Source: Malacoraja senta
Lineage: Eukaryota
Length of the DNA stretch: 64,000 nucleotides
Direction of reading: 5' to 3'
Assembly (NCBI GenBank): GCA_038087875.1
Contig: CM075989.1
Location: 2,356,001 to 2,420,000 of the forward strand
Of this stretch, positions 51,086-63,717 are shown one piece after another. How positions within the stretch are numbered: position 1 is the stretch's first letter; every line of letters begins with the position of its first letter. The notes beneath the pieces are model-generated. The model made no database searches. It had not been told where the DNA came from and saw only the letters and a list, made by a program, of their open reading frames with translations. The position numbers and the translations under genes were made by a program.

Positions 51086-52426
51086 ATGTGCATGGGTATC
51101 AAAGTTTGCGAGCTGAGAGATGTGAGGTGGTTTTATCATGTGCCAGTCTGTGAAAAACTCAGCAGTCTTAACATCAACTTCATCAAGCACAAGGCAGCAA
51201 GAGAAACAGAGACCAGACACCCCACCGTAGACTCTGTCTACACTTCACACTGCCTCGGAAAAGCAGACAACATAATCAAAGACTGCTCCCAGCCTGGTCA
51301 TTCCTTCTTTATCTAATTTAATTTAGTTTAGAGATACAGCACGGAAACAGGCCCTTCGGCCCACCAAGTCCACATCGACCAGTGATCACCCCTAATACTA
51401 ATTCTATTCGACACACTAGGGATAATTTACAGATGCCTTTTAACCTACAAACCTGCACGTCTTTGAAATGTGGGAGGAAGCCAGAGCACCTGGAGAAAAC
51501 CCTTGTGGTCACAGGGAGAATGTGCAAACTACAGGTGCTGTCTGTTCAGAGTTTGTACGTTCTCCCATAGTTTTTCTCCGGGATCTCCGGTTTCCTCCCA
51601 CACTCCAAAGACATACAGGTTTGTAGATTAATTGGCTTCGGTAAAGATTGTAAATTATCACGAGCATGTAGGATAGCGCTAGTGTACGGGGTGATCGCTG
51701 GTTGGCGTGGACTCTAAACTAAACGTTGAATGAAAATGAAGTCACTCCTTTGGTCCAGATGGGCTGGGATTCCCACCGACTTCACTGGGGTCTCCAGTCT
51801 ATGCCAAGTCTGATTGGCGTCAGATCAGAGAGGCAGATTCCTCAATGATGCTGGGCATTCACTGGCAGGACTGGGCAGAACGACCAACATATGGTACCCA
51901 GCGTGGCACTGTCTTACTGTGAATCCATGCAAGTCTGGGCTTTATTTCATTCACAAACATCAAACACCTGCAGTTTCTTGCAGAACCAGTGACCAGAGCA
52001 GTTCTGATTTGGCTCAATGTATCTTAACAAAATCCATGAATAAAATATACTTTGAGGGAAAATAAAGAAACGTCTCACTGGCTGAGAGCATAACAACAAT
52101 ATTGCACGAGTAAGTGAACCAAAAAATTAGAGATAGCCTGAGTTATTATTCAGAATTCGATATGAAGGTTCTTCTCCTGAGAGTCCTACTTAATCCTTCA
52201 GAATTCACACAGGGTCCAAACTTCCAGAGTTCAGTTTAGTTTAGTTTAGTTTAGTTTAGAGATACAGCGCGGAAACAGGCCCTTCGGCCCACCGAGTCCG
52301 CGCCAACCAGTGACCCCCGCACACTAACACTATCCTACACACACAAGGGACAATTTACATTTAGACCAAGCTGATTAGCCGACAAACCTGTACGTCTTTG
52401 GAGTGCGTGTGGAAACCGGAGCACAA

Positions 52427-52960
52427 TCAATCAATCAAAGACTTTGTTGTCATTCAAAAATACACCAATAAATGCAAATCTGAATGAAATGTTGTTGCAT
52501 CTGGCTCCCCGTGCAACATAAAATAACAAAAGGATAAAATAAATAATAGTGGCGGGACATTACATGGAATTCAAGAGTCTGATGGCTCGGGGGAAGAAGC
52601 TGTTGCAAAACCTGGCCGTTCTGCTCCTTATACTGTGATACCTTTTGCCCGAGGGCAGCAGAGTGAACAGTCCATGATGGAGGCGTGTGGGGTCCTTTAT
52701 AATGCTGTTGGCCTTGGACAAGCAACATTTGCACGCAATGTCCCGGATTGAAGGAAGAGAAGTCCCGATGATTTTTACAGCCGTCCTCACCACTCTCTGC
52801 ACGGACTTCCAGTCGGAGGCTTTGCAGTCCCCAAACCAGACAGAGATGCAGCTGGTCAAAGTGCTCTCTACGGTGCCCCTGTAGAAAGTGGTGAGGACGG
52901 GATGGGGGAGGTGAGCTCTTCTCATCCGGCGCAGAAAGTGCAAATGCTGCTGCGCTCTCT
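52427..52960 (-). mobile_element. Rex1/Babar 3' fragment inserted in a SINE (52232-53090, -)
   Basis: ORF 52560..53063 KRAQQHLHFLRRMRR...RFCNSFFPRAIRLLN; the SINE is split at GCAC. Confidence 0.9.
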
Positions 52961-53611
52961 TAGCACCCGGAGAAAACTCATGCAGGTCACAAGTAGAACG
53001 TATAAACTCCATACAGACAGCACCCGTATTCAGGATCAAACCCGGGACTCTGTGTGGCAGCAACTCTACTGCTGCACCATTGTGCCACCCTGGTTTATCT
53101 CAGTGAATTGATTGCGCTGGCCTCAGTTTATGGGTAGGCTGTGGCAGCAAGATTCAGTGAAAGAGATGAAGTAGATTGTGGACTGACCCTCTTAGTGCTT
53201 AACGTCAAGCATGCGGATGGGAATGGGAACAAGTATTTGATTCCTCATACCAACATCCCTATCTTCCATGTGTCAGAAGGAACCGCGGATGCTGGTTTAC
53301 CCCGAAGACAGACACAAAATGCTGGCGTAACTCAGCAGGAGAGGCAGCATATCTTGAGAGAAGGAATGGGTAACTTTTCGGGTTGAGACCTTTCTTCAAA
53401 CGTGTACTATTCTGGATAGCTTGATTGTAATCATGTATTGGCTTTCCGCTGACTGGATAGCACGCAACAAAAGCTTTTCACTGTACCACAGTACACGTGA
53501 CAAAAATAAAGCAAACTAAACTAAACTGGTCAATGTTGACACAGTCATTGGTGCCAGTGATCGCAAGGTTACTGTGTGAAAGTGGACGTTCACCATTATC
53601 TCCCTGTTTAG

Positions 53612-53776
53612 TTGTATCATGACCATATAGCCTGGGGCTGGATGTCAAGTATCGCGAGGATGCTACTAGCTAGAGACAGACAGAGCAAAATGCTGGAGCC
53701 AGGAGAACAAAGGAGAGCAGTGAAAACGGTCACGTCATTGACATCTGGTGGGGGCAGAGCTGTAGGTAACTTCACG
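53612..53776 (+). CDS. Candidate exon LYHDHIAWGW...GRAVGNFT (phase 0-0, 165 nt)
   Basis: Acceptor ATTATCTCCCTGTTTAG|, donor ACG|GTAAGG, only one open frame. Confidence 0.3.
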
Positions 53777-53906
53777 GTAAGGCAGTACAGCCTTGAGATG
53801 ATAAGGTGCCTGGAACGGATATGTTGCAAAATAACTCTAATGAGAAAGAGGTATGAACAGGCAATGCAATTAACAACTCCCTAGCCTGACAAAGAGCGAA
53901 GATGTG

Positions 53907-54085
53907 CAGCAGCATTTATGGAGCGAAGGAAATAGGTAACGTTTCGGGCCGAAACCCTTCTTCAGACCCGAAACGGCCCGAAACGTTACCTATTTCCTTC
54001 GCTCCATAGATGCTGCTGCACCCGCTGAGTTTCTCCAGCATTTTTGTGTACCTTCGATTTTCCAGCATCTGCAGTTCCTTCTTTA
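53907..54085. mobile_element. Inverted pLTR dimer with 18-bp TSD and an intact minus-strand hammerhead core
   Basis: ACAAAGAGCGAAGATGTG at 53889-53906 and 54086-54103. Confidence 0.9.
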
Positions 54086-54112
54086 ACAAAGAGCGAAGAT
54101 GTGTTTTGTTTA

Positions 54113-54440
54113 TTCAGCCCTTGGAGGAGTGACAAGCGGCCGTTGCAGAACTCCAAGCCGCTGAAGAGTGTTCTTCCAACGTTCCGGCCTGAGGGCCTGA
54201 AACATCGGGCCGCCGTAACGGCGACTGCGGAGGCCTGAATAGGCCCCGACCACGGGTGTACATACAGGAAGTGGACTGAACTTTGCTGCCTTCCCTCACA
54301 GTGGGAAACATTGTGGGGGATGTTTTTATGTTCAATGTTATTTTTATTTTATTGGTGTGCTGCAAATGGCAACTCAATTTTCACTGCACCAATTGGTGTA
54401 TGTGACAATAAATGTCCTTTGTCCTTTGTCCTTTGACCTT
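54113..54440 (+). mobile_element. CpG-rich non-coding retroposon with Rex1-type 3' hairpin and (TGTCCTT)n tail
   Basis: TTTCACTGCACC-AATT-GGTGTATGTGACAATAAA then tandem tail; no RT homology visible. Confidence 0.65.
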
Positions 54441-57400
54441 TGAAATGATTGACTTTAAAGTCATGAAAGCCTTGGGTTAGAACAAAAGCTTCCTTTCGAA
54501 CTTTGAAGGAAAATTAGTATAAAAGAAGGGCAGTCCGAGATATCCGGGGTGACAATGAGGGAACAACCATGGCAAGAAGTAGGGACCTGACTTCAAAGCT
54601 GAGAGAAGAATACCCCCTACCAACAGAGTGAATCTGGCCAATTCATTCACACAGGTAATATCTGACGCCAAGTCATGGGTTTTGTGATTTAGTTTAAGAA
54701 GTGATAAATTGAAATAGTAAAGGAAATGAGAGTTGTTAGAAGTCAATTGTATGCATGCATGTTTAAGTTACTCGAGTGTTAATAAAGATTAAGTTGTACT
54801 AAACCTTGGTTTAGAGTCTTTTGTTCGACACGTCAGTTGATCCCATATCGAGGTAATAGGGTCAACAACCAAATGACAGGCATTGGACACGGTACTTGCA
54901 TCTGCTAGTCCAGTAAGGATTCGATTACAGGTTAGACTGACAAGTCCTGGAAAAACTGACAGCCACATACAACAAGAGCACTGTGTGGTTTTGTGAACAC
55001 ATTATATCACGGAAGAAATTTCTATCTTTGGACCCTCATTAGTGACAAGGAACAGAGCAAGTCCCCAAACATCCGACAGGAGTGATCCACATCTTTGCCA
55101 TTGGCGGCACGGTGTGGCAGCGGTAGAGTTGCTGCCTTACAGCGCCTGGGACCCGGCTTCCATCCAGACTGCCACCGCACAGCCCGTGGTACATGGACAT
55201 AAACTTCCCAGTGCCATCCTGAATGCTCCTTCTCCACTCCGGGTGCTCCAGGGCCACTCCCAACTTCCAGAAGTTAGGAGAGAAGTTATAATTCTTTAAG
55301 GAACCTCTGAGCACATTGGGTGGAACAGTACTGTACCAGTAGAGCTCCTGCCTTACAGTGCCAGAGACCCGGGTTTGATCCTTTCTACTGGTGCTATCTG
55401 TACGGAGTTTGTACGCTCTCCCCATGACCTGCATGGGTTTCCTCCGAGATCTTTGGGTTCCTCCCACACTCCAAAGACGTACAGGGGTGTAGGTTAATTG
55501 GCTTGGTAGCAATGTAAAAGTGTCCCCAGTCTGTGTCCATTTTTATCAAAGCCAATTAATCTACAAATTTGTACATCTGAGAGTTCAACAGCAGTTAAAC
55601 TGATAACAGGCTAAAGCCAGGAAGTGCAGCAGAGATGGTGAGACAGATATGGACTAACATTCTGGTCCAGTCTAAGATGGCCACAAGGGAGGAAATGGAA
55701 AGGAATAGACTCGTTCAGAGTAAAATTAAGTTTGAGATTTTCACTTAAAAACATCCCTCAGATTCTTCTGAATCATCTCCTGGTGAATTCAGCTGCAGAA
55801 TGGTGTTGACTGACTCACCGCAACCTCGACTGATTTAGTTCCTTGCAATCATTCGCAGATATCATCTAATGGAACGGGCAGATTAAATCTTAAAAAATAA
55901 CTCACGCACATAATGGATTCTAAATTTTCCTTTCAAAACTTTGGATTTAACAACAGATCAATGAGCTCTTGGAATTGAAAAGGTGAGCTGTTTGTCAGAG
56001 TTGAATTGATTTTCAGATCAATCTGCCAATTATCACTGAACTTGGTTTATTTTAACTGAAAATATAGGGTAATAAGAGAGCCTGGTAGTGAGAATCTTGG
56101 GAATATGCTTCAATTTGATTAGCAGAACTGTCTGTATCGATTCATATTCTTTTTTAAAAAAGCCTCGTGAGCATAGTGCTGTCAAACGTCTGTGCAAGCA
56201 GAACCGTGGATGAAATGTTGGGAAAGTGTATGCGATTGAATTGATGTTGGAATCTTTATGGCTGTGAGCCACTTTGCTGCTGTATAAACAGCTATGGAAT
56301 TTCTTGATGGTCAGCACTGTGAACAGAGGAAGAACAGTAGACTAAATGTGTAGGAAGGATCTGCAGATGCTGATTTGAAACCGAAGATAGACACAAAAAG
56401 CTGGAGTACCTCAGCGGGACAGGCAGCATCTCTGGAGAGAAGGAATGGGTGCTGTTTCGGGTTGAAGAAGGGTCTCCTTCCGAAAGGTCACCCATTCCTT
56501 CTCTCCAGAGATGCTGCCTGTCCCGCTGAGTTACTCAAGATTTTTGTGTCTATCTTTGGAAGAACAGTAGAGTTTCTGCCTTACAGGGACCCGAGTTTGC
56601 ACTTTCTTTCCGGGTGTTTCGGTTTCCTCCCACACTCCAAAGGCGGACAGGTTTATAGGTTAATTGGCTTCGGAAAAATGTGTAAATTGTCCCTCGCGTG
56701 AGTAGGATAGTGCTGGTGTGCGTGGATCGCTGTTCGGCGCGGACTCAGTGGGCCGAAGGGCCTGTTTCTGTGCCGTCTTTCTAAACTAAATTAATACAGC
56801 ATTAATATTTTAGAGTTGGGTGTAGTGGGGTAGTGAGCTGGAGGTGAGGTAATGTGTGAAACTGCGAGTTCAGGTTTTACATCGTTGAATCGTTGTTGTC
56901 GAAAATTGTAATGAGTGACAATGTCAGCAAAGACAACGCATATAAATACCAGGCCAAACAATGCACAAGATAGGGTGAATGCACAGTCTTTTTACCCAGA
57001 GTAGGGGAATCAAGAACCAGAAGACATAGGTTTAAGATAAGGGAAGAAAGATTTAGTAGGAACATGAAGGGCAACTTTTTCACTCAGAGGGTGGTGGGTA
57101 ATATGGAACGAGCTGTCAGAGAGGGTAGTTGAGGCAGGTAATATGGCAGCATTTAAAAAGACACTTGGACAGGTACATGGATAGGACAGGTTTAGTGGGA
57201 TATGGGCCAAGCACAGGTAGGTGGGACTGGTGTAGATGGGGCATCTTGTCGGCACAGACGGGCTGGAGTCTAGGAGCACATGAACACAGGACATAGGAAC
57301 AGGTGGATGTCTTCTTGGCCCTTGTGAGCACCGCGCCCCATTCAATACTAAGGCTGATCTTTTCTCAGTGCACCGTTTTTTGATTGGAGGGTACCCAGTC

Positions 57401-58254
57401 AGTCACGGGGAGAACGTACAAACTCCGAACAGACAGCACCCATAGTCAGGATGGAACCCGGTTCTCTGGCGCTGTGAGGCAGCAACTCTACCGCTGCACC
57501 ACCGTGCCGATTTTAGAATCTGGTATTTTTCCCAGCTCCGGGTATGTATGTGTGGAGTTTGCACGTTCTCCCTGTGACCACGTTGGTTTCCTCGATGTGC
57601 TCTGGTTTTCTCCATATCACAAAGACTAGGTGATGAAGACCATCTGGTCTGTAGAATTCTGTTTTCTCTCCCCCACCATGTTTCAATAAGGCGACTGCAA
57701 TAGCTACCTTCCAATTCTGGCAAACATTGCACAATCTATCAAACTTTGGAAAACTCCAACAGCCAGTGCGCTCTCCCCACTGTGGTCAAGTCCCAATAAC
57801 ATCTCACTGCTTCCCAAGATTTTCTGTGGTATTTTTCCATGTATACAAATATAAAATATTTAATTTATTATTTCCTTATTCTCCAGTAAAAAGTCTCTGT
57901 CAACTGCGGACTGAAATTCTTCTGCTATTCTAATCCCCTTTACATAGCTAAGGAAACATTAAAAATCTCTTTTTCCGTTTCTCCTGTGATGATTCTTGCT
58001 TTCTTTCCCTTTGCTGAACTCTGTAGTTTTCCCATTCCTCAGGCTCACTGCTCTTTATGGTAACATTTTATTAAACGTTGAACATTGATCAAAGAAAAAT
58101 ACAGCTCAAGAACAGGCCCTTCAGCCCACAATGTCTGTACGGATCATGATGCTGAGATAAGCTCATCTCCTCTGCTTGCTTGTGATCCATATCTGTCCAT
58201 TCTAAAAGCCTCTTCACTTCAATCAACAGGCTTTCCATTCTAAAAGCCTGTTGC

Positions 58255-60710
58255 ACTGCAATCAATAACGCATATCGCTCTTTCCCGAGTGGCCCTGGGT
58301 CTCTCTGATCATTGTTTAGTTCACCTCATTCCGACCTACAGGCAGAAACTAAAATCTGCTAAGCCTGTGGACAAAATAATGAACAGCGAGGGCATTGAAA
58401 ACCTACAGACCTGCTTTGACTGCACTGATTGGAATGTGTTCAGGGAAGCAACCACAAGTCTCGATGAGTATACAGACACTGTGACATCATATGTCAGTTT
58501 TTGTGAGGACAGTTGCATTCGCACTAGGACCCAGATCTGGTTCAACAACAACAAGCCCTGGTTTACAGCAGAACTCAGACAGCTCCGCCAGTCTAAACAT
58601 GAGGCCTACTGAAGTAGGGATGCAAACCTCTACAGGCAGGCCAAGTACAAGCTGAGAAGAGCAATCAGAGCTGCCAAGGAAATGTACTCTGAGACGTTGA
58701 GGAGCAAATTCTCAGCTAGTGACTCTTCTTCAGTGTGGAAGGGCTTGCACAAAATCACCAGTTACAAGAGGAAAGTCCCCCCCCCGCTTCTTGGACAATT
58801 GTCAGCTGACCAATGACCTGAACGAGTTCTACTGCAGGTTCGATAAACAGAAACGTAACCGTGGTATCCCTCCCCCCTGTCCAATCACCACTTCACACCC
58901 ACTTACAGTCTGACTCCAGTCTGCAAAGACTGGGCCCTCGTCCACTACCCACCCCCTCCTTGCTGCCCAACATCAGTCTGGCCACTTCTCCATCACCAAC
59001 AAATGAAATTAAGGAGGTGGAGAGGCTGTTCAGAAGACAGAAAAGCCAGAAATCTCCAGGACCGGACAATGTTTCCCCCTCTACTCTCAAGCTCTGTGCC
59101 GAACAACTGGCACCGGTCGGTCTACACAGACATTTTCAACCAGTCCCTGCAAACCTGTACTGTCCCTGCCTGCTTCAAAGTCTCCACTATTATCCCTGTA
59201 CCCAAAAAGACAAGGATTACTGGTCGTAATGACTACAGGCCTGTCGCACTGACCTCTGTCGTCATGAAGACCCTTGAAAGGCTTGTGCTGGCCAAGATGA
59301 AAAATATCACAAACTCCCTGCTGGACCCTCTGCAGTTTGCTTACCGGGCAAATAGATTAGTGGATGACGCAGTCAACCTAGGCCTGCACTTCATCCTCCA
59401 GCACCTAGACCGCCAGGGGACATAGACACATAGAATATAGGTGCAGCAGGAGGCCATTCAGCCCTTCGAGCCAGCACCGCCATTCATTGTGATCATAGCT
59501 GATTTTCCCCAATCAATAACCTGTGCCTGCCTTCAAGGATGCAAGGACCTATGCAAGGATTTTGTTTGTGGATTTTAGCTCTGCATTCAACACCATTGTG
59601 CCAGAGCTACTACACTCCAAACTCTCCGAGTTGACTGTGCCTGAACCCCTCTGTCAGTGGATCACCAACTTCCTGACAGACAGGAAGCAGCATGTGAGGC
59701 TGGGAAAGCACATCTCGGACCCGCAAACCCTCATCATAGGAGCACCGCAAGGCTGCGTACTCTCCCCTCTCCTCTACTCTCTCTACACCAACGACTGCAC
59801 CTACACAGACTCCTCTGTCAAGCTTCTCAAGTTTGCTGGACGACACAACCCTGATTGGACTGATCCAGGATGGGGAGGAATCTGCCTACAGACAGGAAGT
59901 GACACAGCTGGCGTACTGGTGCCGTAGCAACAACCTGGAGCTCAATGCTCTTAAGACAGTGGAATTGATTGTAGACTTTAGGAGAGCTCCCCCTCCCCTC
60001 ACCCCACTCACCATCAACAACACCACAGTCACATCTGTGGAGTCATTTAAGTTCCTTGGAACCATCATCTCCACGGACCTTAAATGGGAGGCTACCATTG
60101 ACTCCACGGTCAAAAAGGCCCAACAGAGGATGTACTTCCTGCGGCAGCTGAGGAAACACAATCTGCCACAGGCAATGATGGTCCAATTCCATATGCCCAT
60201 CGTAGAGTCTGTCCTCACCTTCTCCATCATGGTCTGGTTTGGCTCAGCCACCAAGCACGACACCTGGAGGCTGCAGCCAATCGTCCGATCAGCTGAGAAG
60301 TTTATTGGCTGCAACCTTCCCTCCATTGACAAACTGTACACTGCAAGGGCCAGGAAGCGAGTGGGCAAGATCATCTCTGACCCCTCCCACCCTGGCCACA
60401 AACTCTTTGAAGCACTTCCCTCTGGAAGGCGACTCCGGACTGTCAAAGCCACCACAGCCAGACATAAAAACAGCTTTTTTTCCACAAGCAGTAGCTCTAC
60501 TCAACAACCAAAAGTCTGTAGCCTCCTTTTGCTCTGGTATTTTATTTCATTCTTCACATGTTTAAACTATAATGTTTTATTCTTAATGTTTTATGTTTTA
60601 TTCTTAACAGTTTACTGCATGTGGTGTTGTTACTTGCGAGCGGAGCACCAAGGCAAATTCCTTGTATGTGTACATACTTGGTCAATAAACTTATTCATTC
60701 ATTCATTCAT
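58255..60710 (+). mobile_element. Rex1/Babar LINE, about 2.4 kb, frameshifted, with a nested CR1 tail (about 59422-59533, -)
   Basis: SDH (endonuclease end), [57 protein letters not shown] motifs; (ATTC)n tail. Confidence 0.97.
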
Positions 60711-61874
60711 ACCACTACTATATCTCCCTCTGTGTAGAAAAACTTAGAACATCGAACAACATAATACAAGAAGAGGCACTTCAGCCCACAATGTCTGTGC
60801 CGAACATGATACCAAAACCAACTCTGATATGTGTGCACATATTTCATCGCGCTACAATCCCTGTATGGCTATCCAAAAGTCTTTTAAATGCCATCATCCT
60901 ACCAGCCCCCACCACCACCACCTGGCCGCACGTTCCAGGCACTCACCACCCTCTGTGTGAAAAACCTTGACCCGCAGATCTCCTTTAAACTTTGCCCCTC
61001 TCACCCTGAAACCACGGCCTCTAGTCCTTGACATTTCCTCCCTGGGAAAAAGGTTCCGACTGTCTACCCTCTCTCTGCCTCTCATAAATGTATATACTTC
61101 TATCAGGTCTCCCCTCAGCCTCTGACATTCCAGCAAAAGCAATCCCTCTGTGTGCAACCTTTCCCTGTAGCTAATAAGCTTTTGATTAATACCATCTTCA
61201 GCTTCTCTCCTTCTCCATGTTTGGGCCAATGGAATGTTATGCCTTCAAGGAATGTGCATTTCTTATAAACTACAAATGATTTCAGTGTTAGTTATTGCTT
61301 GTTTACTGTCAAACCTTTTAATGTACTTTGCCATTCTACCGTAGCCAACCTATGCCTCATGACTTTGATGTTTCCTTTGTTTAGATTTAAGAACCAGATT
61401 TCAGATTGAACTAATTCACTTTCAATATTAATATAATGTCTTTTCCCTAAAGGCACTTAACTAGCAGGTCATTACTCAAAGCCTTCTCATGACACTGCAC
61501 TAGATGCACAATGGCCTGTTTCCACATTAGATCTCAGCACAATGAAATAGAAAGCCATCCCTTATATACTCTCTATAATCCCTGCTCACATTAGTACCTC
61601 TCATGTGGTTTACCCAATTTACATGTAGATTAAAGTCCCCCTTTGTATTATGTTACCCTTGTTGTATGCATCTCTAATTTCCTCTTTTACACTTTGCCCT
61701 ACCATTGTGTGGGTGCTGATCAAGTTCCCCATGAAGATAGTTAAGGGTAACTAAGTAGACAAGGTTTACATGGACTTTAACATGGCTTTTCACAAAGTCC
61801 CCAACGGTCGGCTGATCCAGAAGGTTAGGAGGTCAGGGCACATGGGATTTAAGGTGTGTCGCGAAACTGAGTCC

Positions 61875-62745
61875 AAACGGGCACAGCAGCGTTTGTACTT
61901 CCTCCGCGGGATGAGAAGATCACATCTCCACCCTCCCATCCTCAACACATTCTACAGAAGCACCATTGAATCAGTCATGACCAGCTGCATCTCTATGTGG
62001 TGCGGCAGCTGTACAGCTGCGGACTGGAAGTGCCTTCAGAGAGTGGTGAGGACAGCGGAAAAAACCATTGTGACTTCTCTTCCCTCCATCATGGACATTG
62101 GTTTCAAACGCTGTCTGTCAAGAGCTAAGGGCATTACCAGAGCCCCCACACACCCACAGAGAGTGGTGAATCTCTGGAATTCCCTGCCACAGAGGGTAGT
62201 TGAGGCCAGTTCATTGGCTATATTTAAGAGGGAGTTAGATGTGGCCCTTGTGGCTAAGGGGAACAGGGGGTATGGAGAGAAGGCAGGTACAGGATACTGA
62301 GTTGGATGATCAGCCATGATCATATTGAATGGTGGTGCAGGCTCGAAGGGCTGAATGGCCTACTCCTGCACCTATTTTCTATGTTTCTATGTAATATGGA
62401 CTGTTTACACTGCTGAACTCTGGGAGGAGGTACCGCAGCATGAAGGGCCGGACAACCAGGTTCTGCAACAGTTTCATCCCCCAGGCCATAAGACTATTGA
62501 ACTCACAATCAAACCGATGCAAAAAACTGTCTTATACATTGCCACTGTTAAAAACTTTCCTTTTTTAACTATGCACATGAAGCACTTTTATGGACACACT
62601 AAGCACTTTTACTGATCGCCTGATATAAATGGTATATTCTGCTGCTACTTGGAAGAGTCAATGCAACGACATTTCGTTCAATGTGCACTGTGTCTATGTG
62701 TATATTTGAATGACAATTAAAGTTATATTCATTCATATTCATTCA
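61875..62745 (+). mobile_element. Rex1/Babar 3' fragment interrupted by a CR1 3' end (about 62154-62391), all within an old CR1 (about 61735-63340)
   Basis: The chimeric ORF 61770..62300 switches CR1 > Rex1 > CR1 peptide. Confidence 0.85.
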
Positions 62746-63400
62746 ACTGGATCAAAGATGACTTAATAATAATAATAGATTTATTTTTATTTGTGACTGG
62801 AGGCAGACGATAGTGATCCAGGAATGTTTTTTTAACTGGATGTCTCTACTGTGTGTGAGCTGAGGGGATCAGTCCTGGGACCATTGTCGTTGGCTTTAGG
62901 ATGTGTACTGTGGCGATCAGTGGGGGCTATTGGGCCTTAGAACATGTACTATGGCGATCTGTGCTGGACCATTGTTGGCCTTAGAACATGTACTGTGGAA
63001 ATCGGACCTGGGGGTATTGTGTCTGCCTTTCTGTTGGTACGATCAGCAAGTTTGTTGATGACACCAATGTTGGTGGAGTAATACTAGGGATGAAGATTGT
63101 GAATGGATGCAGAAGAATGTATCAATTGGAGAGTTGGGCAGAGCCATGACAAATCAAATAGTGACAGGACATATCCAGTAAATGGCAGAAACATCAGGAG
63201 TGTTGATGTACAGAGAGATCATGGGGTGTAGGTTCTTAGCTCAATTAAAATGGCAACACTAGTGGGTAGGATAGTGCAGACAATATTCAGAATGCTTTCC
63301 ATCTTAGTCGGAGGCGTTGAGTATAAGATTTGGGATAGATACAAAGGCTCCTCTTTCGCCATCCGTTTTCTCCAGAGATTCTGCCTGAGCCGCTGAGTTA

Positions 63401-63717
63401 AGGCAGTGTCCCACTTTCCCGAGTTACTCACGAACTCTCCCGAGTTTTCCCCTTGATTCGAACTCGGAGAATTACGGTAATGGCCGTTCGTAGGTACTCT
63501 GGGCTATTTTTTAAAACTCGTGGACATTTCTCAACGTCCCGACTTACCTGATGCCCCGAGTTCCTACGGCTGGCATTACGAGCCGCTACGAAACATTTAC
63601 GGACTCCTACGGCCTCCTATGAGCTCGCTACCGATATTCCCCGACATTTCCCGAGTTCGAATCAAGGGGAAAACTCGGGAGAGTTCGTGAGTAACTCGGG
63701 AAAGTGGGACAGGGCCT
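63401..63717. mobile_element. MITE family C with 61-bp perfect inverted repeats, inserted in a pLTR
   Basis: 63407-63467 is the exact reverse complement of 63651-63711; termini AGGCAGTGTCCCACT / AGTGGGACAGGGCCT; TTA/TAA flanks. Confidence 0.9.

Noticed and set aside
61770..62300. 176-aa ORF as a novel fusion protein
   Set aside because: Fortuitous in-frame junctions of nested CR1/Rex1/CR1 fragments.
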